Source: Bacteroidia bacterium
Lineage (GTDB): Bacteria > Bacteroidota > Bacteroidia > Bacteroidales > VadinHA17
Reading direction: 5' to 3'
DNA: 64,000 nucleotides
Assembly (NCBI GenBank): GCA_026391215.1
Contig: JAPLDX010000106.1
Span: 1 to 64,000, forward strand
Below the pieces are notes generated by a model that was given only the letters and a program-made list of their open reading frames with translations, did not search any database and had not been told where the DNA came from. Shown piece after piece: positions 18,201 to 26,677 of this stretch. Position 1 is the first letter of the stretch, and the number at the start of each line of letters is the position of its first letter. The translations under genes and the position numbers were made by a program.

Positions 18201-18530
18201 GGAGTTGCCGGGCTGGGATTCATTCTCATCCGGAATTTCAATCAGAGAAAAAAGGAATTTGCACTTATGATGGCAACAGGTTATACAACAAAGCAGATCA
18301 GAAAACTTTTACTGAAGGATCAGAGTCTGATCCTTTTCCTGGGAGTATTTACAGGAACGGTTTCCGGACTTATAGCTACGCTTCCATCTTTGAACAGCGG
18401 ATCAGAGATGCCCTGGAAAATAATAACAGCAATGATCCTGATGATCATTGCTGTAGGATTAAGTACTATTTTATTATCAATCAGAACCGTACGAAGTTCT
18501 TCATTAATCATTCAGCTCAGGAGGGAATAA
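15279..18530 (+). CDS. Large duplicated FtsX/MacB-type ABC permease
   Basis: Two repeats of TM + large extracytoplasmic domain + TM bundle (RKGQIRTYFALGF; RKKEFALMMATGY). ATG 15279 preferred (ORF track 15240). Confidence 0.85.
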   Translation: MRSLGETIRRSILFYRKDALNQVIIVTLLSAIITGSLLTGHSVRSSLLKNASERLGNTAIVISSGLRYFDASLSDRITKQTREITTSFLETDGYCQNFSTGATVLNTKIYAITENFWLFHRLDTIKIVPGTVAINSVLADRLGVSTGDELIIKLQDIDPIPSNAPFSMSRGNDVSKVVRVGMVLNPDQMGNFSLGISQLAPLNVFISLSDIEESQRTHSRVNRMLFQNSRNLPVSFYREALSKLLMPSDIGLTIRRSQKTGETELISDRIFIDSAIVSDIMAGIPSASPVITYLGNNIRVGSRSTPYSFITSSSYNAIGENEIVISRWLADDLDAKTGDTLILTWYDPGYRNKLEEKNRSFIISNVLANDHPYSDPSLMPDFQGISGSTTCSSWDAGVPILMDKIRLKDEEYWNKYKGTPKAFISYRTGMKLWGNNFGPATAVRFPGTSEPEEITAGITKLLDPLKAGFTITDIRGKSGNAATSGVDFSTLFLGLAFFIIVSCLILLSLAVSMFFDSRKGQIRTYFALGFKNKQIRNLLLSETMTISAAGAITGVFLGYFINIIIIKALNSVWIGAVQTNTLSPDFDFISLLTGFLATMIIAYIMLLVKSGKFLKSLSEKETGELKDQSQRLNLLFFILSLFSWIILFILSLVIDAFSTALSFTAGALAFCTLVFALRQYYIRNVPDRNNIKSLRRNLEKQYFHFQPSHAITPVIFIAAGIFAVIITGANRQTINKEMLLPSGGTGGYLLWAESAVPVRENLNSIEGRKDFGLDETELKDLIFVQAKKLFGDDASCLNLNHVTAPSVLGIDPEEFIAKGSFSFASRIKGLENKNPWDLLNETPDDNTIYGIADQTVLEWGLKIKVGDTLVYRAENGQILNIVIGAGLKSSVFQGYLLVGSENFSEYFPSVSGNSIFLADGDPGLSDYYAGILSERLSGYGISAEPASRKLASFFVVVNTYLSVFMVLGILGMVLGVAGLGFILIRNFNQRKKEFALMMATGYTTKQIRKLLLKDQSLILFLGVFTGTVSGLIATLPSLNSGSEMPWKIITAMILMIIAVGLSTILLSIRTVRSSSLIIQLRRE

Positions 18531-18532
18531 AT

Positions 18533-19888
18533 CTATTTCTTTCCGACCGCATACAAATAATTTTGAGTTCTGAAAAATATCATATTGTCAGTGATGGAAG
18601 GAGCCGTCATACAAATATCGTTCATGGGGATCTCTGCAATAAGGTTGAATGTATCTCCGTCCCCGATTATAAAAACAGTCCCCTCTTCATCGACTATATA
18701 GATTCTGCCGTCCGATGCAACAGGAGATGCTATGAAGCTTTTAGCCTTGCCAAGCTTTGCATTGTATATCTTCTTACCGGTTAAAGGATCAAGGCAGTTG
18801 ATTATTCCGTTCCAGTTCATATTATAAAGTCTGTTGCGGTATAGCAGCAATGTATGCATATAAGAACCCATCCTCGGAATGCTCCAGAGTACGCCGTTAT
18901 TTGAAGTATCTCCTTCCTTCAGTGTTATATCTCCAGTGGCACTGGTTTTTACTGCCAGTATTGGAAAACTGCGTCCATGGGCGCTATTGAAATATATAAT
19001 TCCATCACCTGTTATTGGAGTTGGTATCTGGATATCCCCGCCTCCTGACATACGCCATACTTCTTCCCCTGTTTTAAAATCATAACCGCCGCGGTGCTTA
19101 TAGCCATTAACAGCGACAAAAGTTTTACCATTATAAGTATAGATATTGGGTGTGCACCATCCGGAAGATTCGTCCCTCTCCTTTTTCCATAGCTCTCTGC
19201 CTGTTCTTACATCAAAGGCAGCTATGAATGAATCTTCAAGAACATCGCACTGGATAATTACAGTATTATCATGAATTATCGGGGAGCTTGCAAATTCCCA
19301 CTCAGCATTTTTCATTACGGCCCAAATCGATTTCAGAACGCCAAAATTTTTCTGCCATACCAGATTTCCCTGATGATCGTAACAATAGAGTCCTTCTGAT
19401 CCGAAAAAAGCAACAGCATATTCACCATTGACCGCCATTGTGGTATTTGCATGTGTCGACTTGGGATGACGCTTTATCTTTGGAACACCCTTGCAGCTCG
19501 TCCTTTCCCATATCTTTTCCCCTGTAATTTTATCAAAGCAAAAGACCTTCCATTCATGAACAGATGAATCATTTACAGGAGTAACATCTCCGTAAAGTCC
19601 TGGCTTAAATCCGGCCTTATCACCTTCACTTACAGCAGTTGTAATGAATAGCTTATTGCCCCAAATGGCAGGACTTGATATACCCATACCTGGTATTTCT
19701 ATCTTCCATTTTATGTTGGCATTTTTTTTAAAGCTGAATGTAAGGGGAATGTTAGCATTATCGAGCACTCCCGAGGCAAAATAGCCACGGTAGCCGGGCC
19801 ATTGCCTTTCAATAGCTATCTGTCCGAAAGCAGTATTGAATCCAAGAATTGTGCATGCAATATAAAGTATGCTGATTTTGATCTTCAT
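18533..19888 (-). CDS. Secreted PQQ-binding-like beta-propeller protein
   Basis: Signal peptide, WPGYRG, GISSPAIWGNKLF, ASSPII; convergent with the operon. Confidence 0.8.
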   Translation of the reverse strand: MKIKISILYIACTILGFNTAFGQIAIERQWPGYRGYFASGVLDNANIPLTFSFKKNANIKWKIEIPGMGISSPAIWGNKLFITTAVSEGDKAGFKPGLYGDVTPVNDSSVHEWKVFCFDKITGEKIWERTSCKGVPKIKRHPKSTHANTTMAVNGEYAVAFFGSEGLYCYDHQGNLVWQKNFGVLKSIWAVMKNAEWEFASSPIIHDNTVIIQCDVLEDSFIAAFDVRTGRELWKKERDESSGWCTPNIYTYNGKTFVAVNGYKHRGGYDFKTGEEVWRMSGGGDIQIPTPITGDGIIYFNSAHGRSFPILAVKTSATGDITLKEGDTSNNGVLWSIPRMGSYMHTLLLYRNRLYNMNWNGIINCLDPLTGKKIYNAKLGKAKSFIASPVASDGRIYIVDEEGTVFIIGDGDTFNLIAEIPMNDICMTAPSITDNMIFFRTQNYLYAVGKK

Positions 19889-19923
19889 GGCAAAAAGTTT
19901 AACTGTCAAAAATAGTATATTGT

Positions 19924-20592
19924 TTAAAACTTGAAGATGTAACCGAACGATAAAATATTTTCGTCGGCCAGATCCGGAAAATAATCACGCTGAAAAATAT
20001 ATTCGCCGTCAAATGAATGATGTGCCGTTATAATAAGTTCAATTCCTGCTCCTACTCTTTTCTTATCAATTACCCGGTCTGAATCTTTAAATAAAGGACA
20101 GAACATTTCACCATATATATACGGATTTAACGGGAAAGAAGGAATATCGTAAAGTGCTTTCAGGCGGAATCTTCCATGGGATGACGGCAACTTATCATTT
20201 TCATCCTCTATATATGTTTTATACCGTTGCTGAAACAAAGCGCGTCCAGTTAATTTAAGATCGCCGAGGGGGAGAGTTCCCCTAATACCGGCAAACCACT
20301 TATGCCGCAAATGATATGAATCATCCTTCTCAATGTTCTCTGTGATCCTGTAAGAAACTGATGCTGAGAGGTAATCATTAAATACATATGATAATCCTCC
20401 TTCGAGGAAACCCTCCTCAACCTTTCCGGCATTCTCAAACGTACGGAAGCAGGTTGAAAGGTCAGCTTCAAGTTTGTTAATAATATCAAACTCTGCTGAA
20501 GCATTATACCAGATCCCGAAATCTTTTTCCTGAGGGAAGGCACTTATTGACAGAAGAGTAAAACAAAGGAATAAGGATCCTTTCTTAATCAT
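19924..20592 (-). CDS. DUF2490-like outer-membrane beta-barrel protein
   Basis: Signal peptide from MIKKGSLF (ATG 20592 overlaps the upstream stop), DFGIW, alternating beta strands, C-terminal YxFxF. Confidence 0.65.
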   Translation of the reverse strand: MIKKGSLFLCFTLLSISAFPQEKDFGIWYNASAEFDIINKLEADLSTCFRTFENAGKVEEGFLEGGLSYVFNDYLSASVSYRITENIEKDDSYHLRHKWFAGIRGTLPLGDLKLTGRALFQQRYKTYIEDENDKLPSSHGRFRLKALYDIPSFPLNPYIYGEMFCPLFKDSDRVIDKKRVGAGIELIITAHHSFDGEYIFQRDYFPDLADENILSFGYIFKF

Positions 20593-21286
20593 CGTCATCA
20601 TCATCGTTTTTGTCACTCCCGTTAATCTCTTCTGATTCACTTTCAGGAGTCGTTACACAATAATATATTGTCAGTTCACAGGTATCTTTCAGAAAATCGA
20701 TTCTACCTGTTTCAACTTTTCTTATATCCTTTATTCCAGTCCTTTCGATAAGATCAGCAAGAAGCTCGGCATGCTTTTCGGGTTTTATAAGGTTGATCTT
20801 TTCGTAAATTATTACCTTGGAAGATACATGTTTAAGAAGCCATAGTTTCTCCAGGCCGAAAGTAATGAAGACAATTACAAAGTTTGTAAAAAGAAGATCA
20901 ACGAGACTTGAATCTGTGCTTGTAAGAGCATTGATGACTGAAACTCCAATAACAAGGAAGAGATATGTCATCTCTTTTATAGGTATCGGATTTGTGCGGT
21001 AACGGATAATGCCGAATATTGCGAATAATCCTAATGCAAACCCTATCTGAAGCTTAACGCTCTCAAGGAGAAAGCAAAGAAGGAATGTTACTGTTGCTAT
21101 TAGTATATAAGTAAAGAGGTAGTCTTTTCGCTTTGTTGTCGAATAGTACAACCATCTGACAAGAACCATTATTACTGCTGTATTCAGGATAAAACGGAGG
21201 AGCAGTTCCAGAAAACTTGACACATCTAAAATATGCAATCCAGCAATGTCTATATTCTCAGGCATAAATAAGTCTGTTATATTCAT
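20585..21286 (-). CDS. DUF4956 family membrane protein
   Basis: GFALGLFAIFGIIRYRT...IKEMTYLF signature. Confidence 0.85.
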   Translation of the reverse strand: MNITDLFMPENIDIAGLHILDVSSFLELLLRFILNTAVIMVLVRWLYYSTTKRKDYLFTYILIATVTFLLCFLLESVKLQIGFALGLFAIFGIIRYRTNPIPIKEMTYLFLVIGVSVINALTSTDSSLVDLLFTNFVIVFITFGLEKLWLLKHVSSKVIIYEKINLIKPEKHAELLADLIERTGIKDIRKVETGRIDFLKDTCELTIYYCVTTPESESEEINGSDKNDDDDDD

Positions 21287-22046
21287 CTTCGATCTTATTA
21301 ATCATTAATAGTTTTGGTTTCAATATATTCTTCCGTAACAGGTCATTAAGAAACGCATTACCGATACAATATTTGCTGAAACCTGTTGGATAGACTGAAG
21401 ATTCCTTCAGTACGTCAGTTATATGAGATCTGTTAGAAAATCGGTCCTTTTTTACCTCAATAACTGCAAGAGAGGGTAATCCTGCCTTCCGGCCGTCAGA
21501 ATCGGAAAATGAAATGTCATAATCCAATGTAATACGTTCATTTACTTCCGGACCAACTATGGTAATCCTCTTAAAAGTATTGATCAGCACAGGTTTAAGA
21601 ACAAGAGGTCTCTCCGGTACATGTTTATAGATGAATTCACTTGCCACTGCATCGTATGTACCATCAGGAGCAAGGTCATTCTCAATGCGTTTTTTTATCG
21701 TCCTGTTTTTATTAGTCTTCTTTTTTACTTCAAGATATGTATTGCCGGTGGTTTCATATTTTCTGTAACGGACTTTGTTCCGCGATAGTTTACCTGTAAC
21801 ATGCTGGTTAAAGAACAGATAATCACTTGTATCAAGGTAAGTTGTAAAATAAGAGAACACTCTGACATTATTAATTTCAAGAACCTTAAAATCTCCGTTC
21901 ATTCTGGTCAGAATGTCCGGCACCCTGCTGACAGACATTACATATTTCGTATCGGTTCTGTTCATAAGCCTGACATTATCCATTTCTTCCAGACTGATCT
22001 GCGAAAATGAAGAGAGAACTTTCAATATTGATGCAGACTGACTCAT
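21258..22046 (-). CDS. VTC-domain (polyphosphate polymerase-like, CYTH/TTM fold) protein
   Basis: LMNRTDTKY, KVRYRKY, YLEVKKK, ERITLD, IEVK, FSKYC. Confidence 0.85.
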   Translation of the reverse strand: MSQSASILKVLSSFSQISLEEMDNVRLMNRTDTKYVMSVSRVPDILTRMNGDFKVLEINNVRVFSYFTTYLDTSDYLFFNQHVTGKLSRNKVRYRKYETTGNTYLEVKKKTNKNRTIKKRIENDLAPDGTYDAVASEFIYKHVPERPLVLKPVLINTFKRITIVGPEVNERITLDYDISFSDSDGRKAGLPSLAVIEVKKDRFSNRSHITDVLKESSVYPTGFSKYCIGNAFLNDLLRKNILKPKLLMINKIEDEYNRLIYA

Positions 22047-22457
22047 TTAATATGTAGTGTACTGATATTCTTTACGGGATTTTGGCTTCTTATTGGGTTC
22101 ATAAACGATTTTCTCCACCCTGAGACCGTTTTCAATCTTATATTCAGAGTATTCCATCAGTTTTCCTGAAGGATCATATGCCTCTTCCCTTATTTTGTTA
22201 TCATCAGAGTCATACTGATACTTGAAGTGTTTGTCCACTTTGCCTTGCTTATAGATTATTTCTTCAATTATATTTCCGTTTGAATCGTAATAAGTTTCAG
22301 ATTCCTTGTACTGCTTTCTGACAAGCTGATCATACTTTTCTTCCAGTACAATAATGCTTTTGAGCTTCGGCTTTGAGTCAGATTTATTCTGTGCTGCTCC
22401 TGAAAGACAAAAACTGATGAACATAAGGATCAAAAAGATCTGTTTACATTTTTTCAT
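22047..22457 (-). CDS. Secreted hypothetical protein with YD-like repeats
   Basis: Signal peptide; YYDSNGN, YDSDDNK, YDPSGKL; directly abuts the VTC gene. Confidence 0.6.
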   Translation of the reverse strand: MKKCKQIFLILMFISFCLSGAAQNKSDSKPKLKSIIVLEEKYDQLVRKQYKESETYYDSNGNIIEEIIYKQGKVDKHFKYQYDSDDNKIREEAYDPSGKLMEYSEYKIENGLRVEKIVYEPNKKPKSRKEYQYTTY

Positions 22458-22554
22458 GATTACAATTATTTAATTCATATTTCCTGATGTCCTGATACAA
22501 TATACAGATTAAAGACCGTTTACCCTATCAATTTACCTATATAACCAACTGGTC

Positions 22555-23916
22555 CTAGCATTGATTTAGCCCAAGATCGGGAACAGGCAGATGTGAAGGA
22601 TCCAGAGATTTAAGTATGACAAGAGCTGCTCCCAGTGCAGTAGCATTGGAAATTTCAGAGGTAAATACGTTTTTCATTGAATAGGCTTCAGATATCATTT
22701 TGGTGAATAACTGGTTTCCGGAAAAGCCTCCTGTTATATAAATATTTTCAATGTCATCTTCTTCAGGAATTACCAGGTCTATAGCTTCTATAGCAAGCTC
22801 CGACAGCTCTATCATCAACTGATGATATCCTTCTGCAAAAGAATTAAAGGCAAAGAAATCCAGCTTATCCTTAAGGGATCTTGAATATGGCTGATTCTCA
22901 AAGAAAAACCTGTTATCACCGCACTTCTTTTTACATATCTCAATGAGCTTGTTGTCAGGCTTTATACTTTTATAATAGTCTGGAGATGTTGTGAAATGAG
23001 CGCTTAACCTGTTTACAGCAACTTCATGAAGGTGTCCGAGAAAAAGCCTTGATGATTTTACAGGCTGTCTCGTTATACTCATATAACAAAGACAATCACG
23101 GTCAAGCTGTTCTGAAGTCAGAATCTCGGCATTGAACGGATTCATATTTATGCACCAGGTGCCTGTGGATATAAGCAGAAACTTCCCTTTGCTTACTGCA
23201 AAATACGGTGCAAGGGATGAAGAGCTGTCATGAATGCCTATGCCGACCTTGATATTTTTACCTTCTACCTCGATATCATTAGTAGTACCGACATCAACAG
23301 GATCAGGAAGTTTTAGCCCTTCATCTCCTGTCCAATGATGGTAGGTCATTCTGTCAAAATCCCATAAGGCTGTATGGCATCCGATTGATGTATGCTCGGA
23401 ATATATCTTACCTGTCAGCAGATATGAAAGATATTGCGGAAAATGTAGTACATGCTGTACCCTGGAAAATATTTCCGGTTTTGTACATTTAAGCCAGAGA
23501 GCCTGCATTCCTGAATTAAGCATTCCCAACGCAGGTGAAGCTGTTCTTCTGCAGAATTCATCCTGACCGCCTGCTTTTTTATAAACACTTTCAGGGATCC
23601 TATCATCAATTGGCTTCAGATAATTATAGATTGGTGTAAGTCTTTTACCTCCGGCATCTAGATATGCAAGAGTGGCTCCATATGTAGCAAAGTTTATTGC
23701 AGTAAGTTCATACTTATCTGACCTGACAAGCTTTGTGACCGACTCACGTATCCAGTTTTCAATCAGTTCAATGTCGTCACATTCAAAACCGGCATCATCC
23801 TTAATTTCGACAAATTTTTCCTCTGATTCTGAAACCAGCTTTAAATTATAATTAAAGAGCAGTATCTTCTTATTGGTTTTACCCACATCAAATACTGCAA
23901 CAACTTTTTCTTTCAT
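22555..23916 (-). CDS. rhaB: FGGY-family sugar kinase, probable rhamnulokinase
   Basis: FDVGKTNKK, GIHDS, STGTW, ITGGF; ATGA overlap with rhaA. Confidence 0.7.
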   Translation of the reverse strand: MKEKVVAVFDVGKTNKKILLFNYNLKLVSESEEKFVEIKDDAGFECDDIELIENWIRESVTKLVRSDKYELTAINFATYGATLAYLDAGGKRLTPIYNYLKPIDDRIPESVYKKAGGQDEFCRRTASPALGMLNSGMQALWLKCTKPEIFSRVQHVLHFPQYLSYLLTGKIYSEHTSIGCHTALWDFDRMTYHHWTGDEGLKLPDPVDVGTTNDIEVEGKNIKVGIGIHDSSSSLAPYFAVSKGKFLLISTGTWCINMNPFNAEILTSEQLDRDCLCYMSITRQPVKSSRLFLGHLHEVAVNRLSAHFTTSPDYYKSIKPDNKLIEICKKKCGDNRFFFENQPYSRSLKDKLDFFAFNSFAEGYHQLMIELSELAIEAIDLVIPEEDDIENIYITGGFSGNQLFTKMISEAYSMKNVFTSEISNATALGAALVILKSLDPSHLPVPDLGLNQC

Positions 23917-25178
23917 CTTTTCATTAAAACTTCTTTTTCGTATTTAATTATCTCTTCAATATAGTCCTGTCCAATAGGAACATTATTCTTCAGACAATAA
24001 TAATCCCACACGGCTCCGAATGGCTTTGATTTCATCAGCTCAGAAAGGGAGAGCCTTTCGAAGTTCTTTCCCTGTTCTTCGAATTTAAGAAGTGTTTCCT
24101 GAGGTTCAAGAAGGGCATATAAGAATGCCATCTGTGCTGAACGTGTACCAATAACATATGCGCCTATCCTGTTCAGGCTTGCATCAAAGAAATCGAGACC
24201 TATGTTCACTCTGCCAAGCGCCTTTGCACGGATAATTTCCTGGGCAATAAGAAGGAGCTCATCATTAAAGGTAACAACATGGTCGCTATCCCAGCGTACA
24301 CCCCTGGTAAGATGAAGAAGCAACTCGTCAACATAAAGGAGGATTGAAGATATCTTGTCTCCTACCTGTTCTGTAGGATGGAAATGACCATTATCGAGAG
24401 TGATCATCGTATTGTTCTTAACTGCATATCCGAGGTAGAAATCATGTGACCCCACCACCATTGATTCTGACCCTATTCCGAACAACTTGCTTTCAATGGA
24501 ATCCTTGAGGTACTTTTTTGGATATTTAACTGAGAATATCTCATCAAGCGATTTTTTAAGCAGTTTCCTGAGAGTGTACCTGTCAACAGGAGTATCTTTT
24601 GATCCGTCCGGGATCCAGATATTATGAACAGCAGGTGTGCCAAGCTGTTTCCCCATTTCAGCTGCTATCTTACGGCAACGTTTATTGTGTTCAACCCAGA
24701 ATTTTCTTATTCTTGGATTCTTGCTTGAAAGTGTAAATCCATCATCGGCGAGAGGATGAGAGAAACAGGTACAGTTAAAATCGAGACCTATCTTTCTCTT
24801 CTTTGCCCAGTTGATCCAGCCCTGATAATGTTTGACTTCTATCTGATCGCGATCTACCAGCTTTCCTCCGAACTCTCCATATATAGCATGAAGATTAAGC
24901 CTTTGCTTTCCGGGCAAAAGGGACATGACCTTGTCAAGGTCGGCTCTCATCTGAATAATTGTCTTTGCTTTACCCGGGAAATTTCCTGTGGCTTGTATCC
25001 CGCCGCCTCCAAGCTCAGCTCCCTCTTTTTCAAATCCGCTGACATCATCTGTCTGCCAGCAGTGCAGACTAATGACAACATTATCCATTTCCTTAATTAC
25101 TTTGCCGGTATCAACCCCTAATTCAGCATATTGCTGCTTTGCAAGCTGATAAGCTTTTTCCAGTGCATCTTTTTTCAT
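23913..25178 (-). CDS. rhaA: L-rhamnose isomerase
   Basis: SLHCWQTDDV, NIWIPDGSKD, ESKLFGIGSES, GHFHPTE, VRWDSDHV. Confidence 0.95.
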   Translation of the reverse strand: MKKDALEKAYQLAKQQYAELGVDTGKVIKEMDNVVISLHCWQTDDVSGFEKEGAELGGGGIQATGNFPGKAKTIIQMRADLDKVMSLLPGKQRLNLHAIYGEFGGKLVDRDQIEVKHYQGWINWAKKRKIGLDFNCTCFSHPLADDGFTLSSKNPRIRKFWVEHNKRCRKIAAEMGKQLGTPAVHNIWIPDGSKDTPVDRYTLRKLLKKSLDEIFSVKYPKKYLKDSIESKLFGIGSESMVVGSHDFYLGYAVKNNTMITLDNGHFHPTEQVGDKISSILLYVDELLLHLTRGVRWDSDHVVTFNDELLLIAQEIIRAKALGRVNIGLDFFDASLNRIGAYVIGTRSAQMAFLYALLEPQETLLKFEEQGKNFERLSLSELMKSKPFGAVWDYYCLKNNVPIGQDYIEEIIKYEKEVLMKR

Positions 25179-25200
25179 TTCAATATTTATTTTCAATTAA

Positions 25201-25527
25201 TTATTCCAAGTAAAATACTTGTTCCAGCGGAATGGAAATAGGTGAATTATCTGGATTGGTCTCCATTATATCAGCCATATACTTCCACCATTTCTTCACT
25301 ATTTCTGTTGATCCAAGATCCTGTGAGGAGCTTTCTCCTGTTTGTTCCTGGTAAGCAAAGAGTGTATTTGTCTCTTCATCAAGAAAGATGGAATAATTGC
25401 CAATGCCTTCATTCTTTAACAGTTTGACCAGTTCAGGCCAGATCTCGCTATGCCTTTTCCGGTATTCTTCCTTAAATCCCGGATACATTTTCATTTTAAA
25501 ACCAAATCTCTTTACCTTACTTTCCAT
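25201..25527 (-). CDS. rhaM: L-rhamnose mutarotase
   Basis: EYRKRHSEIWPE, NYSIFLD, WWKYMADIMETNPDNSP. Confidence 0.95.
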   Translation of the reverse strand: MESKVKRFGFKMKMYPGFKEEYRKRHSEIWPELVKLLKNEGIGNYSIFLDEETNTLFAYQEQTGESSSQDLGSTEIVKKWWKYMADIMETNPDNSPISIPLEQVFYLE

Positions 25528-25528
25528 T

Positions 25529-26557
25529 TTAGCTAAGTTTGACAATGAACGTGGAAAGAATAAGAACTATTATTCCGATTACCAGTATAATTATGGTTTT
25601 TGTCTTTACGCCCTTCCACTCCTTTAATATAATGCCCCAGATATTGCTAATGGCAATGTTGAGCGCCATAAGGATGCTCCATCCGAACACAGCCATACCG
25701 GAAGGAAGCTTGCTGGAGCCCATTCCGAAGAAATGGAACTGAAGGAACCATAATAATCCGGCGATGAAAGTAAATAACAGGTTGTTCAATAAGATGTTCC
25801 CGGATACCGTATAGTAATCCTTATAAGTATTATTCTTTATATTTAAGAATCCGCAATAAACAAGGTTAGTAATGAATCCTCCCAGGAGAATGAATATCAG
25901 GGACGGGTTTTTCTGGAACAGAGGATTCGTTCCATGGGCCAGTGCAATATCTTCAATTGGTTTGCCTGCTTCAAAGCCGAAGTTGAAGCATGCACTCATT
26001 ATCCCTGCAAAGATCGCTATCAGGATGCCTTTCTTTAGCGCAAATTCCCTGACAGCTGCTTTCTTTTCTTCCTCAGTCATCTCCTTGCTTTTAAGAGAGC
26101 CTGCATAACCAATTATAATGATTCCGGCCACAGTAATTGCCACACCAGCGACAGTAAGAATTCCTCCCCTGGTTGAAAACAAATTCTGACCTGCAATTAT
26201 CGGTGGTAACAGTGTTCCAAATGCCGCACAAAGACCCAGTGCAATACTCTGACCTAGAGCCACTCCGAGGTAGCGTAAGCTTAATCCGAATGTCAGTCCT
26301 CCAAATCCCCATAAAACTCCAAAGAATGTTGCCATAAGCTTGGCTGATGAAGGTGCTTCATTAATGATCGGCATCAGCTCGCCCTTAGGTATAAAAATTA
26401 GTGCGAAGAGCCAGGGAATGATGAGCCATGCAAAAACACCCTGGCTCAGCCAGTATGATTCCCATGCCCATGACTTGACTTTCTTAAATGGGACATAAAA
26501 GCTTGCAGCACCTATGCTGCCTAATGCAATTAATAGTATACCTGCAATCGGATCCAT
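25529..26557 (-). CDS. rhaT: L-rhamnose/H+ symporter
   Basis: ASFYVPFKKVKSWAWESYW, WGFGGLTFGLSLRYLG, LKEWKG. Confidence 0.92.
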   Translation of the reverse strand: MDPIAGILLIALGSIGAASFYVPFKKVKSWAWESYWLSQGVFAWLIIPWLFALIFIPKGELMPIINEAPSSAKLMATFFGVLWGFGGLTFGLSLRYLGVALGQSIALGLCAAFGTLLPPIIAGQNLFSTRGGILTVAGVAITVAGIIIIGYAGSLKSKEMTEEEKKAAVREFALKKGILIAIFAGIMSACFNFGFEAGKPIEDIALAHGTNPLFQKNPSLIFILLGGFITNLVYCGFLNIKNNTYKDYYTVSGNILLNNLLFTFIAGLLWFLQFHFFGMGSSKLPSGMAVFGWSILMALNIAISNIWGIILKEWKGVKTKTIIILVIGIIVLILSTFIVKLS

Positions 26558-26566
26558 ATAATTTTA

Positions 26567-26589
26567 TTTAAATTGAATCGCAATTTAAA
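26567..26589. promoter_or_regulatory. Perfect 9-5-9 inverted repeat in the rhaT / rhamnosidase divergent region
   Basis: TTTAAATTG-AATCG-CAATTTAAA, 10 bp upstream of rhaT. Confidence 0.4.
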
Positions 26590-26677
26590 AACTTTAGCGG
26601 AGGAAATCAGCGGTTGATCTGTTTTTTTATTTGCACATTTGTAATAATCTTTAATAGTACAATTAATAACAGATATT

